A DNA stretch of 64,000 nt, from the NCBI GenBank assembly GCA_010356995.1, contig ML996694.1, positions 743,224 through 807,223 of the forward strand, in the 5' to 3' direction. The notes under the pieces are model-generated. The model had not been told where the DNA came from. It made no database searches and saw only the letters and a program-made list of their open reading frames with translations. The translations under genes were made by a program, and so were the position numbers. Positions 38,571-51,165 of the stretch are shown one piece after another. The stretch's first letter is position 1. Every line of letters begins with the position of its first letter. This DNA is from Trichodelitschia bisporula (taxonomy: Eukaryota).

Positions 38571-40091
38571 CTTCTCCTTACAAACGAATCGCTTGGACGG
38601 GGCTAGGCAGCTCGACGAAGTCCTAGCTTGGTGCTGCTTATGTCATTGCTTTCACTGAGGTACACGTACACCTCTAGGTGGTGCGGTAACCTTTTCTCCT
38701 AGCCCTAGGGAAAGGGGAGCAAGCGGAGTAGACGGTGAGGGCGTATTGAAATAATTTAGCATCAGCAAAGTCATCTTTACGAGCCGAACGGACAACGGCT
38801 TCGCCGGCAATGCTAGACGACAAACGGCGCCGCCTTCACCACCCACCTTACCACGGCAGCAACATGGCAGTCACTCCACGGCCTAACCAACGATGCGTCC
38901 CCTCCTCTTCTCCGCATCCCCCGCACGGCGTCTTTCTCATAGCGGGGTGTTCGACATGCGAAGGTGATGGTGTATACGTATAGCAGGGACGTGTTGCTCA
39001 ACGGCTTGCCGCTCGATGAGACCGGCAACCGCAACGTCAAGGAGCGCGATGGTGAAGAAGAGGAATCGTAGGCCGAGCGCGGAAGAGGGTAGGTTGCGAG
39101 AGGCCGATGACGAGGAAGTGTGGCGGCGGCCGGCGTGAAGGCTGGAGATGAGGCACCTAACCGTTCCGTTAGCTCCTCAGGCCAGCCCACCTTCCTCCTT
39201 ACCCTCCGGCCCAACAATCCACCCCGCCCTCCCACCATTGTGGGACGCTAGCTTTGGAAGAAACCGTAAATTCTCCACGGTGATTGGAGCAACGTTAGAC
39301 CCGCAGCCTTAGCCTTTTTGCCGGCCGGCAAGCAGCTGGTGTTGCATCTAATAGTGATGCGTACGATAGCCGGTGTCAGCATCTGGATAGCGATGCGTAT
39401 GATGCTAAGTGCGCATCTCCGAAGCCCTATCATTGAGCCGAGCATACACCGACAAGCGGAGTGTGGGCATTGGGTCAAAGCTACATCCCCACCACAAACG
39501 CGTCAGATGGAACTATCCTTCATTGCCTCCAACAAGAAGACAACAGTCTTCGAGAAAGGTCTTGTAGTTCACGGAAATGAAGGTGAAGGCCATCTCAGCC
39601 CTTCGGGGTAGGTATGCATTTCTCCCCAGCCCGATCCAACTGCCCACGCCGAGTGTGGGAATCACCGGCTTCTTAGTGGTGACCGTAACAGCTCGGATAT
39701 CCGTACCTCGACTTCATCGGCGAGCTCTTTCGTACAGAAGCAGCTAGCTCCTTCCGCAAAAAAAGATTCGAGTACTTGGAGAAGGTCCAAAGTGCTGACA
39801 AAAAGAAGGCGAGACCACTCCGCTTGCCAAAGGGCTCGTCGTGATGTTTCCTCAAGGTCGTCGCGGTTTGCCGAAGATAGACTAGCACACGGGAGTACCC
39901 GAAGCGGAACGTACCACACCGGGAGGGTTAAACGCAGCCCGAAAGAAATGATGGTCGTCCCCTTCCCGGCTTTGTCTGAGCTGTGAGCCAAGGCAACGGG
40001 GGTTGCGGGCCATAACTTTTTCAGTACTGTAGCCCTACGGCAATGAGCTAACCTTGGAATGCCAGTGACTCATACAAGAGCCAAACTGTGC

Positions 40092-40104
40092 AAAAACCAA
40101 AAAA
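40092..40104 (-). terminator. Pol III oligo-dT terminator of tRNA-iMet
   Basis: T6 and T5 runs on the minus strand a few bases after the tRNA 3' end. Confidence 0.8.
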
Positions 40105-40108
40105 GAGA

Positions 40109-40180
40109 TAGCTGAAAGTGGTTTCGATCCACCGTCCTCCGGGTTATGAGCCCGGCGCGCTTCCGCTGCGCCATTCAGCT
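40109..40180 (-). tRNA. Initiator tRNA-Met (CAT), intronless
   Basis: Reverse complement is AGCTGAATGGCGCAGCGGAAGCGCGCCGGGCTCATAACCCGGAGGACGGTGGATCGAAACCACTTTCAGCTA. It has the A1-U72 pair, three G-C pairs closing the anticodon stem and the GATCGAAAC T-loop, all hallmarks of eukaryotic initiator tRNA. Confidence 0.97.
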
Positions 40181-41379
40181 GGTTGATGGAAAGAGTTTGC
40201 ATTCCAATTAATATCACCGGCTTTACCACTGGACCCCAGTAGGGTCTTTCAGTCAATTCAGAGCGTCGGCTTGCTGTAGATGCTTTGCAATCTTTCCTGT
40301 GATTCGAAGTCAAATTATATTCATGCTGAATGCATCGGATAACGATGAATCTGGAGTTGGAAAGACCGATTTCACACTCGCCGCTCGTTCACGGAGCCAC
40401 CTCCCCTCAACTCAAGCCCAAATGTAGGTTCGAAGGCCATCTTCGGCATCAGATAAAACCGGTGCGGCACAGCAGGCATCTTGTCAAGCATAAAGGCAGA
40501 GGACATCATTCATCAAAAAGGTTCGTGTCATTTGACACTTCTTCGTCCCTATCCACTCCCCGGAGAATATTCACGTGGTACGACACCGCCATGGGCCCTC
40601 CATGTACCGAGCCTATGAAACGGCCGCCCCGAAGAACACAACGCCTCAAGCCAACAGCACAACACAGAACGTGCCGCAGCCCGCGTCTGCAACCTTGCAT
40701 TAAAATAGTCGCAACTCGGCGAAGCATCATGCAAAGCTACCAATCCCTGCATACTGCATGGCCCCTAACAGCCGCGTTTATGCGCGGAGCTGCCACCAAC
40801 GCTCTTCGCGGCTGCGCGTGTTGGGAGGCTGACGCGCTGTAGGATCCAGCCTGAGAGACGAAGAACTGCAACCCGCCGGTAGGATGCAGCCCGGGAGACA
40901 AGGAGCGGCAAACCTTATCGAATTTCACCCGAGCTGGCTGTTCGGTACCACCGAAGAGCCACAAGGCTCGAACCCCCCTTATGATCTCCTGGTTTAGGTA
41001 CCGGCAAATACTGCGTTACTCAGCTCTGCATCTCGGCTCGCCTGGCCTCTCCAATGCTGTGTGCGACGTTATCTCCTCCGGAAACTGAACCACTTCCATC
41101 TCCTCCCATTCTGCATTCACCTGTACTCCTGCGCCCCGAAACGAGAGACTCATGGGCATATTGATGCGTCCAGCCTCCGGCTGCCGGGGCGAGTTTGAGA
41201 CGCGCATTTGTGAGCAAGGGCGGTGTTCTCATCCGATATCCAAGCCACTGTTGGTGATGGTGGAAGGATTCTGGGAGGAGGATGGGGCCTACATATGATG
41301 AACTGGGACCCCTTAGGAAAGGGTTGCGTTGGTTCTGGCTGAGATTGACATTAACATCTTACGGCTGATCGGTTTGGTC

Positions 41380-43308
41380 ATGGCTTTTCGCTCGTTTATC
41401 CTCTCTGCTTGTCTGGCGATCGGCTCTGCGTCGGCGAAGTTTTTTGATGGACTGGACTGGCAGGTGCTGGAGGGAAGACAACTTCGCCCGGCGGCGAATT
41501 TGGGACAGGTCTTGCGGCGGGGAAACGATATTCGGCTGAACCGCGATGCGGAATTGGTGTTTGCTGAGTGTAGGTTTTCGTTGATAACGCGATGTGCGCT
41601 GACAACCATAGATGAGAATGGTCATGGACAAGACGTCTTCGCTTCGACCGTACGTGTAAGCTGCCATCACAAGACAGTGCTCGTGCTAGAAGAGCTGGAG
41701 CATTTGTTCCGCGAGATATCCTGCAGTACGACAGCAATTGAGATAACATTCGCGTCGCGCGAGATCTTCGATGTTGCTCGAACACATTGGATAGGTAACG
41801 AAATGGTTATCGTGACATCCCAGCCTGGGTGTAATCTTGACGGCGAACGTGCTGTCTACAAGTACGCCCCCAGCATCCTAAGGGTCGGATCAAATACTAA
41901 GCTAGGCAGAACATATGGCCTTGCCTTCTCGTCGGAAGGCTCTAGGGTGCTAATGTGGACCACTCCTTCCTCCTTCAAAGAGTCTTTCGACTCCATCAGC
42001 GTCGACTTCGGCTATACGTCTGCACGACACTCTTTCGGCCGCCATCGTGATCTCGCCCGCCGAGCCATTGTCTCTCACCCGGCAGAAAGTTCATCGAGAA
42101 ATCCATCGAGCTCTGTTACGAGCGCCACAACCTCAGCAACAACCACCGTCTCAACCGTGTCCAGCGTCTCCCGCGCAGTCGTCATCCCTGCCTCTCCCTC
42201 GCCCCTTCCCCTCAACAGGACCCTCCACTTCAACCTCTCATCTCAAGCCATCGACACAAAACTCCCCCTCATTATACCCGAAATCAATGCGACCACAAAA
42301 TGCAAAAACTGCACGACCTCGGGCTCGCTCGAGCTCGTCGCCGGCAATTTCGTACTCAATACGACTAATCTTACCGCACCCGCCAGCGTGATACAGAGCG
42401 GGACTGTGGAGTTGAAGATGACAGATGGGTTCCGGGCGCATCTGGAATTCAAAACGACCGTCGCGCCAAAGGTGCAGTTTTCATTGGATTTGTTCACCGT
42501 GCCCGTGCAGGGGTTCACGATTCCCGGCCTCGGCCGCGCAGGACTTAATTTCGTTGCCGGTGTGACAACAGTTTTTGACCTCGACGGCGGAATTGAGATG
42601 ACGTACGGGATGGAGGTTGACGTGCCGCGGAACTCGTCGCTGATACTCGATGTCGGGAAGCTGAGCAACTCCGGCAGCCAGGGCTTGTAAGTCCCCCCGC
42701 CCTGCCTGGATGTCAACCCCTCTAATGCTGTCAGCAATAATACCCAAATCAATTCCCTCCCTCTCAATCTTAATGCCTCCTTTACCGGCTCCGCCCAAAC
42801 CAGCCTCGTCCCGCGTGTTCCCCTCGGGTTCTCCTTTTTCAACGATGAGGTCGTGGCCGAAGTCTCTGCCCTCCTTCACCTCCCGGCCCTCAACCTAACC
42901 GTACGGCGCCCGCTGGAAAAGTCAACCTGCTTCCCTTACGCGATGGACAAAACGCGCGAGGCTGCACTAGACGCCAGCTTCGCCCTCGCACTTGATGCAC
43001 ACATCCTCGTCAATGCGCCGGCACTACAGAAAGCGGCACAGTTCGGCGAGGTTTTGGGTGTGCCAGCGGGGGATCTACTGGAGGCATCAACGAGCTATAC
43101 GCTGTTTGAGTTGCACAGGGCGGTGGCCACAAACTGTCTTTTCTCAGGAACACCGCCGTCTCCGACCTCGACCGCGCCACCGAAGCCCACTGGAAAGGGA
43201 TTGCTGGACTCTGGGCCGATTAAGCCGAAGAGTGATGCAGGAGGAGTAGGGGCTAATTTTGCGCTGTGCGTGCTGGGACTTGTAGCCGCGGTGTTTGTGA
43301 GGTTATAG
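41380..43308 (+). CDS. Secreted, probably GPI-anchored protein of unknown function
   Basis: Signal peptide MAFRSFILSACLAIGSASA, probable introns 41570-41611, 41862-41909 and 42687-42734, Ser/Thr-rich linker, CKNCTTSG beta-rich domain and a hydrophobic C-terminal tail (SDAGGVGANFALCVLGLVAAVFVRL). Confidence 0.85.
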
Positions 43309-43853
43309 GCTTGCCTGCGGGGTGGGGATGGTCAATGGTTTAAACCGGCGCTTTGGATGGCTTCATGGCTAGTACAGTCGGAAGTGATGGAACGATCACG
43401 GACCTCTATATATTTCTCTTATCTATTTACTTGCTACGGCAATTCCCTCTCGTATACTCTATGCTCCACTGCTCCCGACATGGTGTTCTCTCTAACTACC
43501 CGCGCAAGGCTGTCAATTTATGCCTCAGCCCACAACTTTCTGCAAGGGTGCACGGGCCACTACCCACTGGCGCGTCATCACGCGTTCCCCATCAACGTAT
43601 CGCCATCCTTGCCAATAGCTGCACTCATAACTTCCGAAACACAACATCCACCCGCTCATATAACCCGCAATCTCGCGCCGACTTCTGCGCGTTCCTCCTT
43701 TACCCAAACATTCCGCAAACTTCCCTCGAACCACACATCCTCGGCCTCGACGATTGCCACTCCACTTCCTCAGCGCTCCGCGCAATCCTTACCTCAACAC
43801 CTTACATCCACTCACCTGCTCTCCCCGCGCCGCACCCCCGCGCAAACACAATC

Positions 43854-45035
43854 ATGCCTGCTGCTACCGAAGACCTCGGCTCTCCGCCGACGACGATAAA
43901 CCCCTACCATGTGCTGGACCTGTCCAAAGACGCGACAGAAGACCAGATCAAGACGGCCTACCGCAAAGCTGCGCTCCGCAACCACCCAGGTACACATAGC
44001 CTTCCCCTCTCTCCCTTCCCTCACTAACACAACATAGACAAGGTCCCCGAGTCTGAGAAAGAAGCCGCACACACCGCCTTCCAAGAAATCGCCTTCGCCT
44101 ACGCCGTGCTCTCCGACTCACGTCGTCGCGCGCGGTACGACGCCACAGGCCGCACAGTGGAGGTACTCAGTCTCGACGATGAAGACGGCGAGTTCAACTG
44201 GGCAGACTTTTTCCGCGCGCAGTTCGCCGAGATCATTACCCCGGATGTGATCGAGCGGTTTAAGAAGGAATACCAGGGGAGCGAGGAGGAGAAGCTCGCG
44301 GTCATTGAGGCGTATGTCCTCGGCGAGGGAGATATGGAGGCTGTGTTTGAGGGCGTGATGCTTAGCGATCCCATTGTGGATGAGGAGCGGTTCCGCGGGA
44401 TCATCGACGCTGAGATCGAAGCCAAGCGTGTTGAAGCTTACGACGCTTACGCTAAGGAGAGCAAGAAGAAGCGGGCGAAGCGCGTGGCGAATGCGAAGAA
44501 GGAGGCTAAAGAAGCAGAGGAGATGGCGCGGGAGTTGGGTGTTGCAGACAAGCTTTACGGTAATGGGACGAAGAAGGGCAAAAAGGGCGAACCGGATATG
44601 GATGGCCTCGCGGCGATCATTCAGCAACGCCAGCAAGAGCGCGCCGGCAACTTCCTCGCCGATCTGGAGGCCAAGTACGCACCGAAGAAGCGGGGCACGA
44701 AGCGCGCTGCCGACGAGTTCGATGAGGACGCGAAGCCGAAGCGCCAGCGGGGGAAGAAGCAGGCTACGGTTGAGGAGTCGGATGACGCCATGGAGGATCC
44801 CGAGGAGGAGGAAGTCAAGATCGCGAAGCGGCCCAAGGCGAAGCCTCGGAAGCGCCTGGCTAAGAAGTTGCCTAAGCTCGACGAGGTCGCGGAGGAAGAC
44901 GAGAATGAGGTGACTGAAAATAAGGCCGAGAAGACTGTAAAGCGGAAGTCCAAGGGCACCACGGATGCTGATCTCGAGGCCGAGGCTGAGAAATCTGCTC
45001 CGACTCCGCGGCGGTCGAAGCGGACGAGGCGGTAG
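43854..45035 (+). CDS. J-domain protein, DNAJC9-like
   Basis: Intron 43990-44037 restores HPD (NPYHVL...AYRKAALRNHPDK). Also RRARYDATG, YQGSEEEK and FLADLEAKY, with a basic/acidic tail. Confidence 0.93.
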
Positions 45036-45460
45036 ATGCTTGCTCGGTTGTTTCCTTTTTCATGGCGAGGAGTTTGGGCGGGGTGGTCATATGGGTATAC
45101 CCGCTGGATAAGGCTCTTTGACTGGGAAAATAGACTTTCTGAATAGCACTTTCATATCAGCTGTCTAAGTGTAGTAGTGATGTTCGCATATCAACCCTCT
45201 TTGACAGTCCTGGTGATCTTCAATGAAATTCCTACCCTTACAGTAGGACACCTAGAACTAAACTCTCATTCGCTCACTCCTCTCAAATCCCTTCAACTAT
45301 CTTAATTTCTAAGGCTCATAATAACTCCGCCTTTCCTCCCGCTAGCCATACCACGTGACCACGCGCCCCACGACGCTCCCCTCCCCGCATTACACAACGC
45401 GGCACCAAAACCACCACCATAACGCGAACAACCGCGCATATCCCACATTCCACTCAGCGC

Positions 45461-46242
45461 ATGCCCAACCCAACCAACGCCCAATATGCCATGACCGGCC
45501 ACCCCCCAAAAACCCCCCTCTACCCCGCCTACACCTTCCGCGCCTCCCCAACTTACTTCGCCTGGGTCCGGCTCCCGGCCACCGATATCCATACACTAAG
45601 GCGCGAGCCCGGCTTTGAAGGTACGTGCGGGGAACCCAGGTTCAACTCTGCTAACGCCCGCTAGGCCAGAATATCTACTTCTACCTCAACCACCCGATTC
45701 GGTTCATTTGTATTACAGCCCCGGTTGTTGCTATTGAGGACCTGTTTTCCCGGTTCGTGCTGCTTACCCTCGATGATGGGAGTGGTGCTACGGTCGCGGT
45801 TAAGATTGAGAGAAAGACAAAGGAGCGTCCGGTGGGAGAATGGGGCGGCGTGGCGAGGGAGGCGCTGCCGGAGACAGTTGTCGAGGGGGTGAGGGTCAAG
45901 GCGGGCAGAGGCGCATTTGAAGTGTTTGTGGAGGGAGTGAGGGTGGATATAGGGACGGTGCTCAAGGTCAAAGGCGTGGTGGAGACGTGGCGGGATCAGC
46001 GGCAAATGCTTGCGAAGAGGATTGTGCTCGCAAGGGGCATGACGGAGGTACTCGAGTGGGAAGAGTTGGCAAGGTGGAGAGGGATTGTAGGGCAGCCGTG
46101 GGTGCTGAGTCAGGAGCGGGTAAGGGAGTTGGATGCGGAGGAGAGGAGGTGGATCGAGGAGAAGAGGAGGAAGAGGGAGGAGAAGAGGGCGATGCAGGAG
46201 AAGCATGAGCGGAAGAGGAGGAAGTTGGAACGCAATGTATAA
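45461..46242 (+). CDS. STN1: CST complex subunit Stn1 (OB fold)
   Basis: Intron 45621-45664 gives LYPAYTFRASPTY...GFEGQNIYFYLNHPIRF...LDDGSGAT...GTVLKVKG. The start could be 45461 or 45490. Confidence 0.88.
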
Positions 46243-48321
46243 GGAGAGTGCGTTGGTTTAGGCGTGACTTTTGATACCCGGCGGGCTTTTGATTTGGGCG
46301 CAGGGGGGGCAGTTGGGTTTCTATGTCTGCAATGGGATCATGTCGGAGTCTTGCTGTCTACTGGTACTGCTATGGTGAGCCACGATGAGATGCTGGCATT
46401 CATCAGGATATCTGGGAATATACTTCTGTTGATTAACGACTGGGAACTGTATCAAGGGCAAGAGCATTTGCAAACAGGCTACAGGTGCACCAGATCGTCC
46501 CTCGGCGTCCCCTGAAGCACCTGGCATTTCCTTGATATCACACTTGTCGCTGTGCGTTTGTCATTAAGCGAACTTCTAGCTAGAGAATTCAGTCCGACAC
46601 CCAAGTTTCCATAGTCTGAGTATAGAGAACCGGCTCCCAAACTCCAGCAAGTGATATCCAGCGGGCGCTCCCCTGCCCCTCAAAAATAAATATCGGCTCG
46701 TCAATCCCTCTCCATATCCATATCTTCACCGTTATGTGGGTTAGTCCTAAGGTCCCAATCACAACGACATTACCCTTGCGATCTCCACGAGTTAGAGCAC
46801 CTGCGCCACAGACGCCGGTATTTGAGAGAGAATTCATTGCCCGTTCCCAGCATGTTGCGGGTATGTGCGCCGCAAAGCCACCAGAAAACCGTCGCTTCAG
46901 AAGACAGCTCTTCCGGGCGATGCCGTTATCTATGCTCTCAACGGCGACGCCAAACGCTGCTCTCAATGCGAGAAGAAGAAACCGTCATCCATGCCACCAG
47001 GCTCTTCAGTCTGTCGACACGCTTCTCGGCCTGTTTGGCCACATCACTTTGGTCGACTGCTTTATTGACGGCGCGCCAGGCACCAGCTACACACTGTTAG
47101 ATACAAACTCTTTAACACTGTGTAGGTGGTGCCTGGCGTAACGCGAACAAAGCAATATACCAGCGCGAAGAGGCCGAGCATGCTGAGAAGCATCGCCGGA
47201 CTAGGGAGGACGAGCATGAACCAGAGACCGGCACCATCGTTAGCTCGAGCGGCTGGAAGAGACGGCGTATAAAGGGATCAAACAAAGAGCGTTCCTAGAA
47301 GAGTACATAATAGTTTAAACATAACTGCGCGTTTGCAGATCGAGGGCTTGCCGGCCACTAGTTGACGGAGGAGGCTGTCGGTATCCCTCCTCGGCAATGA
47401 GCCGCCTGATCCCGGCAGTTGATGATGTTCTCGGTTCTCCACGAGGCACTGCTGAGATGGAAATGACTTGGCGCTGCGAGACGAGGCATGGTAGATTAAG
47501 AGAGCGAAGAGTCATAGACTTGTGGTAAGACAGTAAGGAATCTATTTAAGAATTTGCTCTTTCCTGTGGGCGTCTGCCATACCTAGGTGCGCGGAGCTGA
47601 AACTTCCGATCTGGTCCATTATCCGTTATTATGACGTCTCCCAAGATCCCTCCGAATGCTAACAGCTCTACTAACCATTGCCTCACTCCTCAGTCTACTC
47701 GAACCGCGGCCCTCCCCGCCATTCCTATGTCTACAACAACTGTATGTCGGCAGTGCGGGTGCTGCTCTTGGGACGCAGTTATGTGTAGCTATGGCGACGT
47801 GGTGGCTACTCGGCATGCAAGGTTCGAAGCCAAGCTGCAACCCTAACCCACAGGAACTCAAACCTAACCTCGCCTCAACTCCTCTCAACCACTTCCGCAC
47901 GTCCATATGGTCTACACTCAGCTGTATCAGCTATGACTTGATTGAAAAGTACATGGTGAGACAAAGGCGCGGTTGATGGCGAACCAATGCATCAGCTGCA
48001 CGGCATTCAGTGTGTAAGCAGCACGATTGAGTCTCCGCTCCCAAGTTTTTGAACCGGTCAGTTAATTGGCCATCTAGCCACAGCGAAGACATTCTGATTT
48101 GCAGAAGCCCGAACGCCAATTACTCCCAGATGGTAATGTCATCTCCCCAATTAGATCTCCAACATCGAGCTGGTCATCCAAGGGACACTGTCCAGTCGTG
48201 GCCTGTGGCTCCCTCCGCTGTAACTGTAGCGGACTCCTAATTCTTCGTTAGTTGTATCCCTGCCTAGCATATATAACTCACCAGGTAGAAGTTTCCGGCA
48301 CCGCCAGATATCCGGTTTCTC

Positions 48322-48792
48322 TTATTCCAGGATGGAGCGCACCATTCTCAGCAGTTCAACATTCTGAAGGACTGGGACCCCAAGGACCTCGTGCCAGTCG
48401 CGCTTCAGTACCGGATGAATAGGGCTGTTGCAAGGGACGAAGGCCACCGAGACGAGGGTGGAGCCGCGGTCGTTGCTAAGTATGAACTTGTTTCCGCTCT
48501 GCCTGCTATTCTCGTGCACCACGGTGTACTTCTCTGGGAAGGTGGCTATCAGGTGTTGGATGGTTTCGGCCGGCGTGTCCGTCATGATGACGATATGGAT
48601 ATCCGTGATGGTTCCATGTGCATGCTTCATCATAGCCAGCGCGAGGTGACCAGCGACCACTACCGGGACGCGGAGGCTCTCGAAGTCGTTGACAACATCG
48701 CTTGCGTGGAAGACGAACTCCATCATCGGTTCGATGTACTTGAGTTTCGATATGAGAGTCGTCAGGTCAATGTACGTCCGCAGATACCCCAT
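48322..48792 (-). CDS. Putative nucleotidyltransferase-fold protein, paralog A
   Basis: First ATG at 48792. Motifs VVVAGHLAL...TITDIHIV and EVLGVPVL..ELL align by eye with paralogs B and C. The 3' end may be spliced and is not resolved. Confidence 0.6.
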   Translation of the reverse strand: MGYLRTYIDLTTLISKLKYIEPMMEFVFHASDVVNDFESLRVPVVVAGHLALAMMKHAHGTITDIHIVIMTDTPAETIQHLIATFPEKYTVVHENSRQSGNKFILSNDRGSTLVSVAFVPCNSPIHPVLKRDWHEVLGVPVLQNVELLRMVRSILE

Positions 48793-49448
48793 TGTGGTGA
48801 TTGGGGACCGTCGAGGGCGCGGGGCTTGTGAATGAAGAAGGTCGTTCAGAGAAAACGTGGTCGAGGGCAATACTGAGGAATGCGGGCACTGTTTGGAGCG
48901 GCTGTTATGGTGAGAAAAGAACCTTGTCGATCATAAACACGGGTCAGAGCTTGCTAACTTGACGTGCCCAGCCAGTGTCTTTACAAGTGTGTTGTCTGTT
49001 GAGTGGAGTGCCAGTGATCGGACGGAACCACCATTCTTCCACCACAGCAGTATATCCGTCGGCTTCCATGCCGCCGAGAACAAGCCCGCGCACATATTCT
49101 ATACCCTGTCGACAGCGAGTACTTTGGCGGACCCACTGATTTCAGCCACCATTCCTGCGGGTTGAAATATCGGCAGGACGTGGTTTCGCACAAAATCACC
49201 CCTTCGTCTACGACACAATCACCTCCCCCATATCTCCTTTGAATCTGGGGTCGCAATTTCCTCACGAGCTGAAGCCAAAATACTGGCATCAGTCTTTTAT
49301 AAGGTATTAAGTAAGACAGTTTCCTCTCCGTCCCCTGACTTCAACGCCTTTAAAGAATTTGATTGCAGTGCAGCACTTACCCTGCTTCACAGTAATATAT
49401 GCGTCTCATTTCGTTTTCGAGAAACGTCACAATTCACTTTATACTGGG

Positions 49449-49553
49449 TCTACAGTGTGCAATACTAAGTTCAGAGTGGCCAACACTGAGTCCGTAGTGA
49501 GGAACAGTTATTTCACTGTGAGGAACAGTAAGCTCACTATTCATAAATACACT
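49449..49553. repeat. 21-bp imperfect tandem array, about 5 units
   Basis: tctacagtgtgcaatactaag / ttcagagtggccaacactgag / tccgtagtgaggaacagttat / ttcactgtgaggaacagtaag / ctcactattcataaatacact. Confidence 0.8.
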
Positions 49554-49665
49554 AGGTTCAAACACGACAGCTCAGCTCCTCCTCACCTGGAACACCTCCT
49601 TATCTCGAACGCCTCCTCATCTCGAACGCCTTCTCTCCTCGACATCCACTCTGAAAATCTTCATC

Positions 49666-50466
49666 ATGTCGGATGCTAGCGATAACTCTTCTCCCCAAGG
49701 CGGTGAGTTCTCGCCCAGGGGCCTCTTTTCTCTCTCGCCTGAAGAGCACTTTCTCCGCCTGAGCAACGCCGTTGAGGATGCCAAGCCGGTGCTTGAGCGG
49801 GTTCACCGGGCCTCCACAGCCATCGAACACCTCCGCGAGCTCGGCATCTCTGCCGCACTTGGGGGATATCTGGCCGTGCACCGCTACATCAAGTTTCCGG
49901 AGATTACGGACGCGAGGATGGGCACAACCACCTGGCTCATCATGTGGGCCGACGATCATGCGCAAGCCATTATTAGCCGCCTCGTGGACCTCTATCCGGG
50001 AATCTATACTGCACAGAGTCCGAGTTTTTTCATGGCTATCGACGACAAGGGCAGCTCGGAGATGTTGCTTGTACGCGCGGGGCCGCGCTCGGCGCTTTCG
50101 TGGCTGAGGTTTGAACCGACAGAGGTTGTCTGCGCGCAGGAAGTCCCCACGCTATCTCTCACACGCCTGTTGGTTTGGCAGTTCAGCCAGATCATCAGTC
50201 GCCGTGACCGCTACGAAGCATCGCCCGATGGCTTCGCTAATTGCTTCCATGTTCAGTGTATGGACTCGATCGCCGAGTACATGTGCAACAACGGCATTGA
50301 GTGCGACCCGGGCAACGACGAATTCTGGACGTTGAGCGGCCAGGTGCAAAAGATCCTTCCCCAGCCTGCTGCGGAAAGTCTGCGAGAATTGGAGAGCCTT
50401 TGGTCGCTGAGCATGTCGTTCAGCGGAAGCATCTGCTGCTGCCTTAGTTTTACTCGTCTAAGCTGA
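49666..50466 (+). CDS. Putative nucleotidyltransferase-fold protein, paralog B
   Basis: 266-aa ORF with IEHLRELGISAALGGYLAVH and EVPTLSLTRLLV, clearly similar to paralog C. The C-terminus may be spliced. Confidence 0.7.
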   Translation: MSDASDNSSPQGGEFSPRGLFSLSPEEHFLRLSNAVEDAKPVLERVHRASTAIEHLRELGISAALGGYLAVHRYIKFPEITDARMGTTTWLIMWADDHAQAIISRLVDLYPGIYTAQSPSFFMAIDDKGSSEMLLVRAGPRSALSWLRFEPTEVVCAQEVPTLSLTRLLVWQFSQIISRRDRYEASPDGFANCFHVQCMDSIAEYMCNNGIECDPGNDEFWTLSGQVQKILPQPAAESLRELESLWSLSMSFSGSICCCLSFTRLS

Positions 50467-51165
50467 TGTCTTGAGTCTTGCATGCCAAACTTCTCACGAA
50501 GGTCATTTCTGGGCGAGAAAGAACAGCTGCAGGTCCAAGTGAACTCAGAGGAATGAGCGGTATCAAAGCAGGAACCTGAGCGCCAGGGGAACGACGTCAC
50601 CATCTACTTTGGCTGTCAACAAAATGTATATTGTGGAATCTGGACTATTTGAATGAAACGCACAACTGTCAAAATGCTTATCCAAACGTGACGTGTCATT
50701 AATATCATATCATGACTTCCAGGCTTCTGTCCCAAGTTACTGCCAAAGCCACTCCAATGTCAATGTAGCCCACCGTCATGAGTCAATGTTCAGGAAGCGC
50801 CATCTTCGGGTTTATAGATCGCCGCTTATGTCAGCCTTCTTGGTAAGGACTATGGGCCCAATTCGCGCCTTCCTCCGTCCCACGGGTCCTAACCGATGCA
50901 AGGATGGCAGTGATCTTGCTACCCTGGGCAGGAGCGGATTGACAGCCAGAAGCCGATGGCGAAGGATTACGGACAGAAGTCACGCGGATTCGGCATCACT
51001 GCAAAATCTATATCCTTTCGGATTAAGAGAGATGCAAGAGCGGGCCCTTTTCGCATCTTCATAGCCTCAATCCGTTGTAGGCTTCATTAAACTCTACGTA
51101 TGAACCATTGCCGGTGCAAAGCCGCTCAGAAACAGGTGCACCAGACATCCAATTTGCTCCCCACC

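Noticed and set aside
39508..39986. Possible small spliced gene beside the tRNA (LGYPYLDFIGELFR... frame)
   Set aside because: The donor phase is ambiguous and no start-to-stop model is well supported.
47838..47849. CAACCCTAACCC near STN1, considered as a telomerase RNA template
   Set aside because: It is only a short match, no pseudoknot or CR4/5 element is recognisable, and a ~2 kb RNA would overlap paralog A. A covariance-model search would be needed.
47631..47976. Short ORFs with a signal-peptide-like or Cys-rich look
   Set aside because: Competing overlapping frames, no similarity to anything recognised, and short enough to arise by chance.
49449..49553. CRISPR-like interpretation of the 21-bp array
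   Set aside because: The units are contiguous with no spacers, the genome is eukaryotic, and there are no cas genes.
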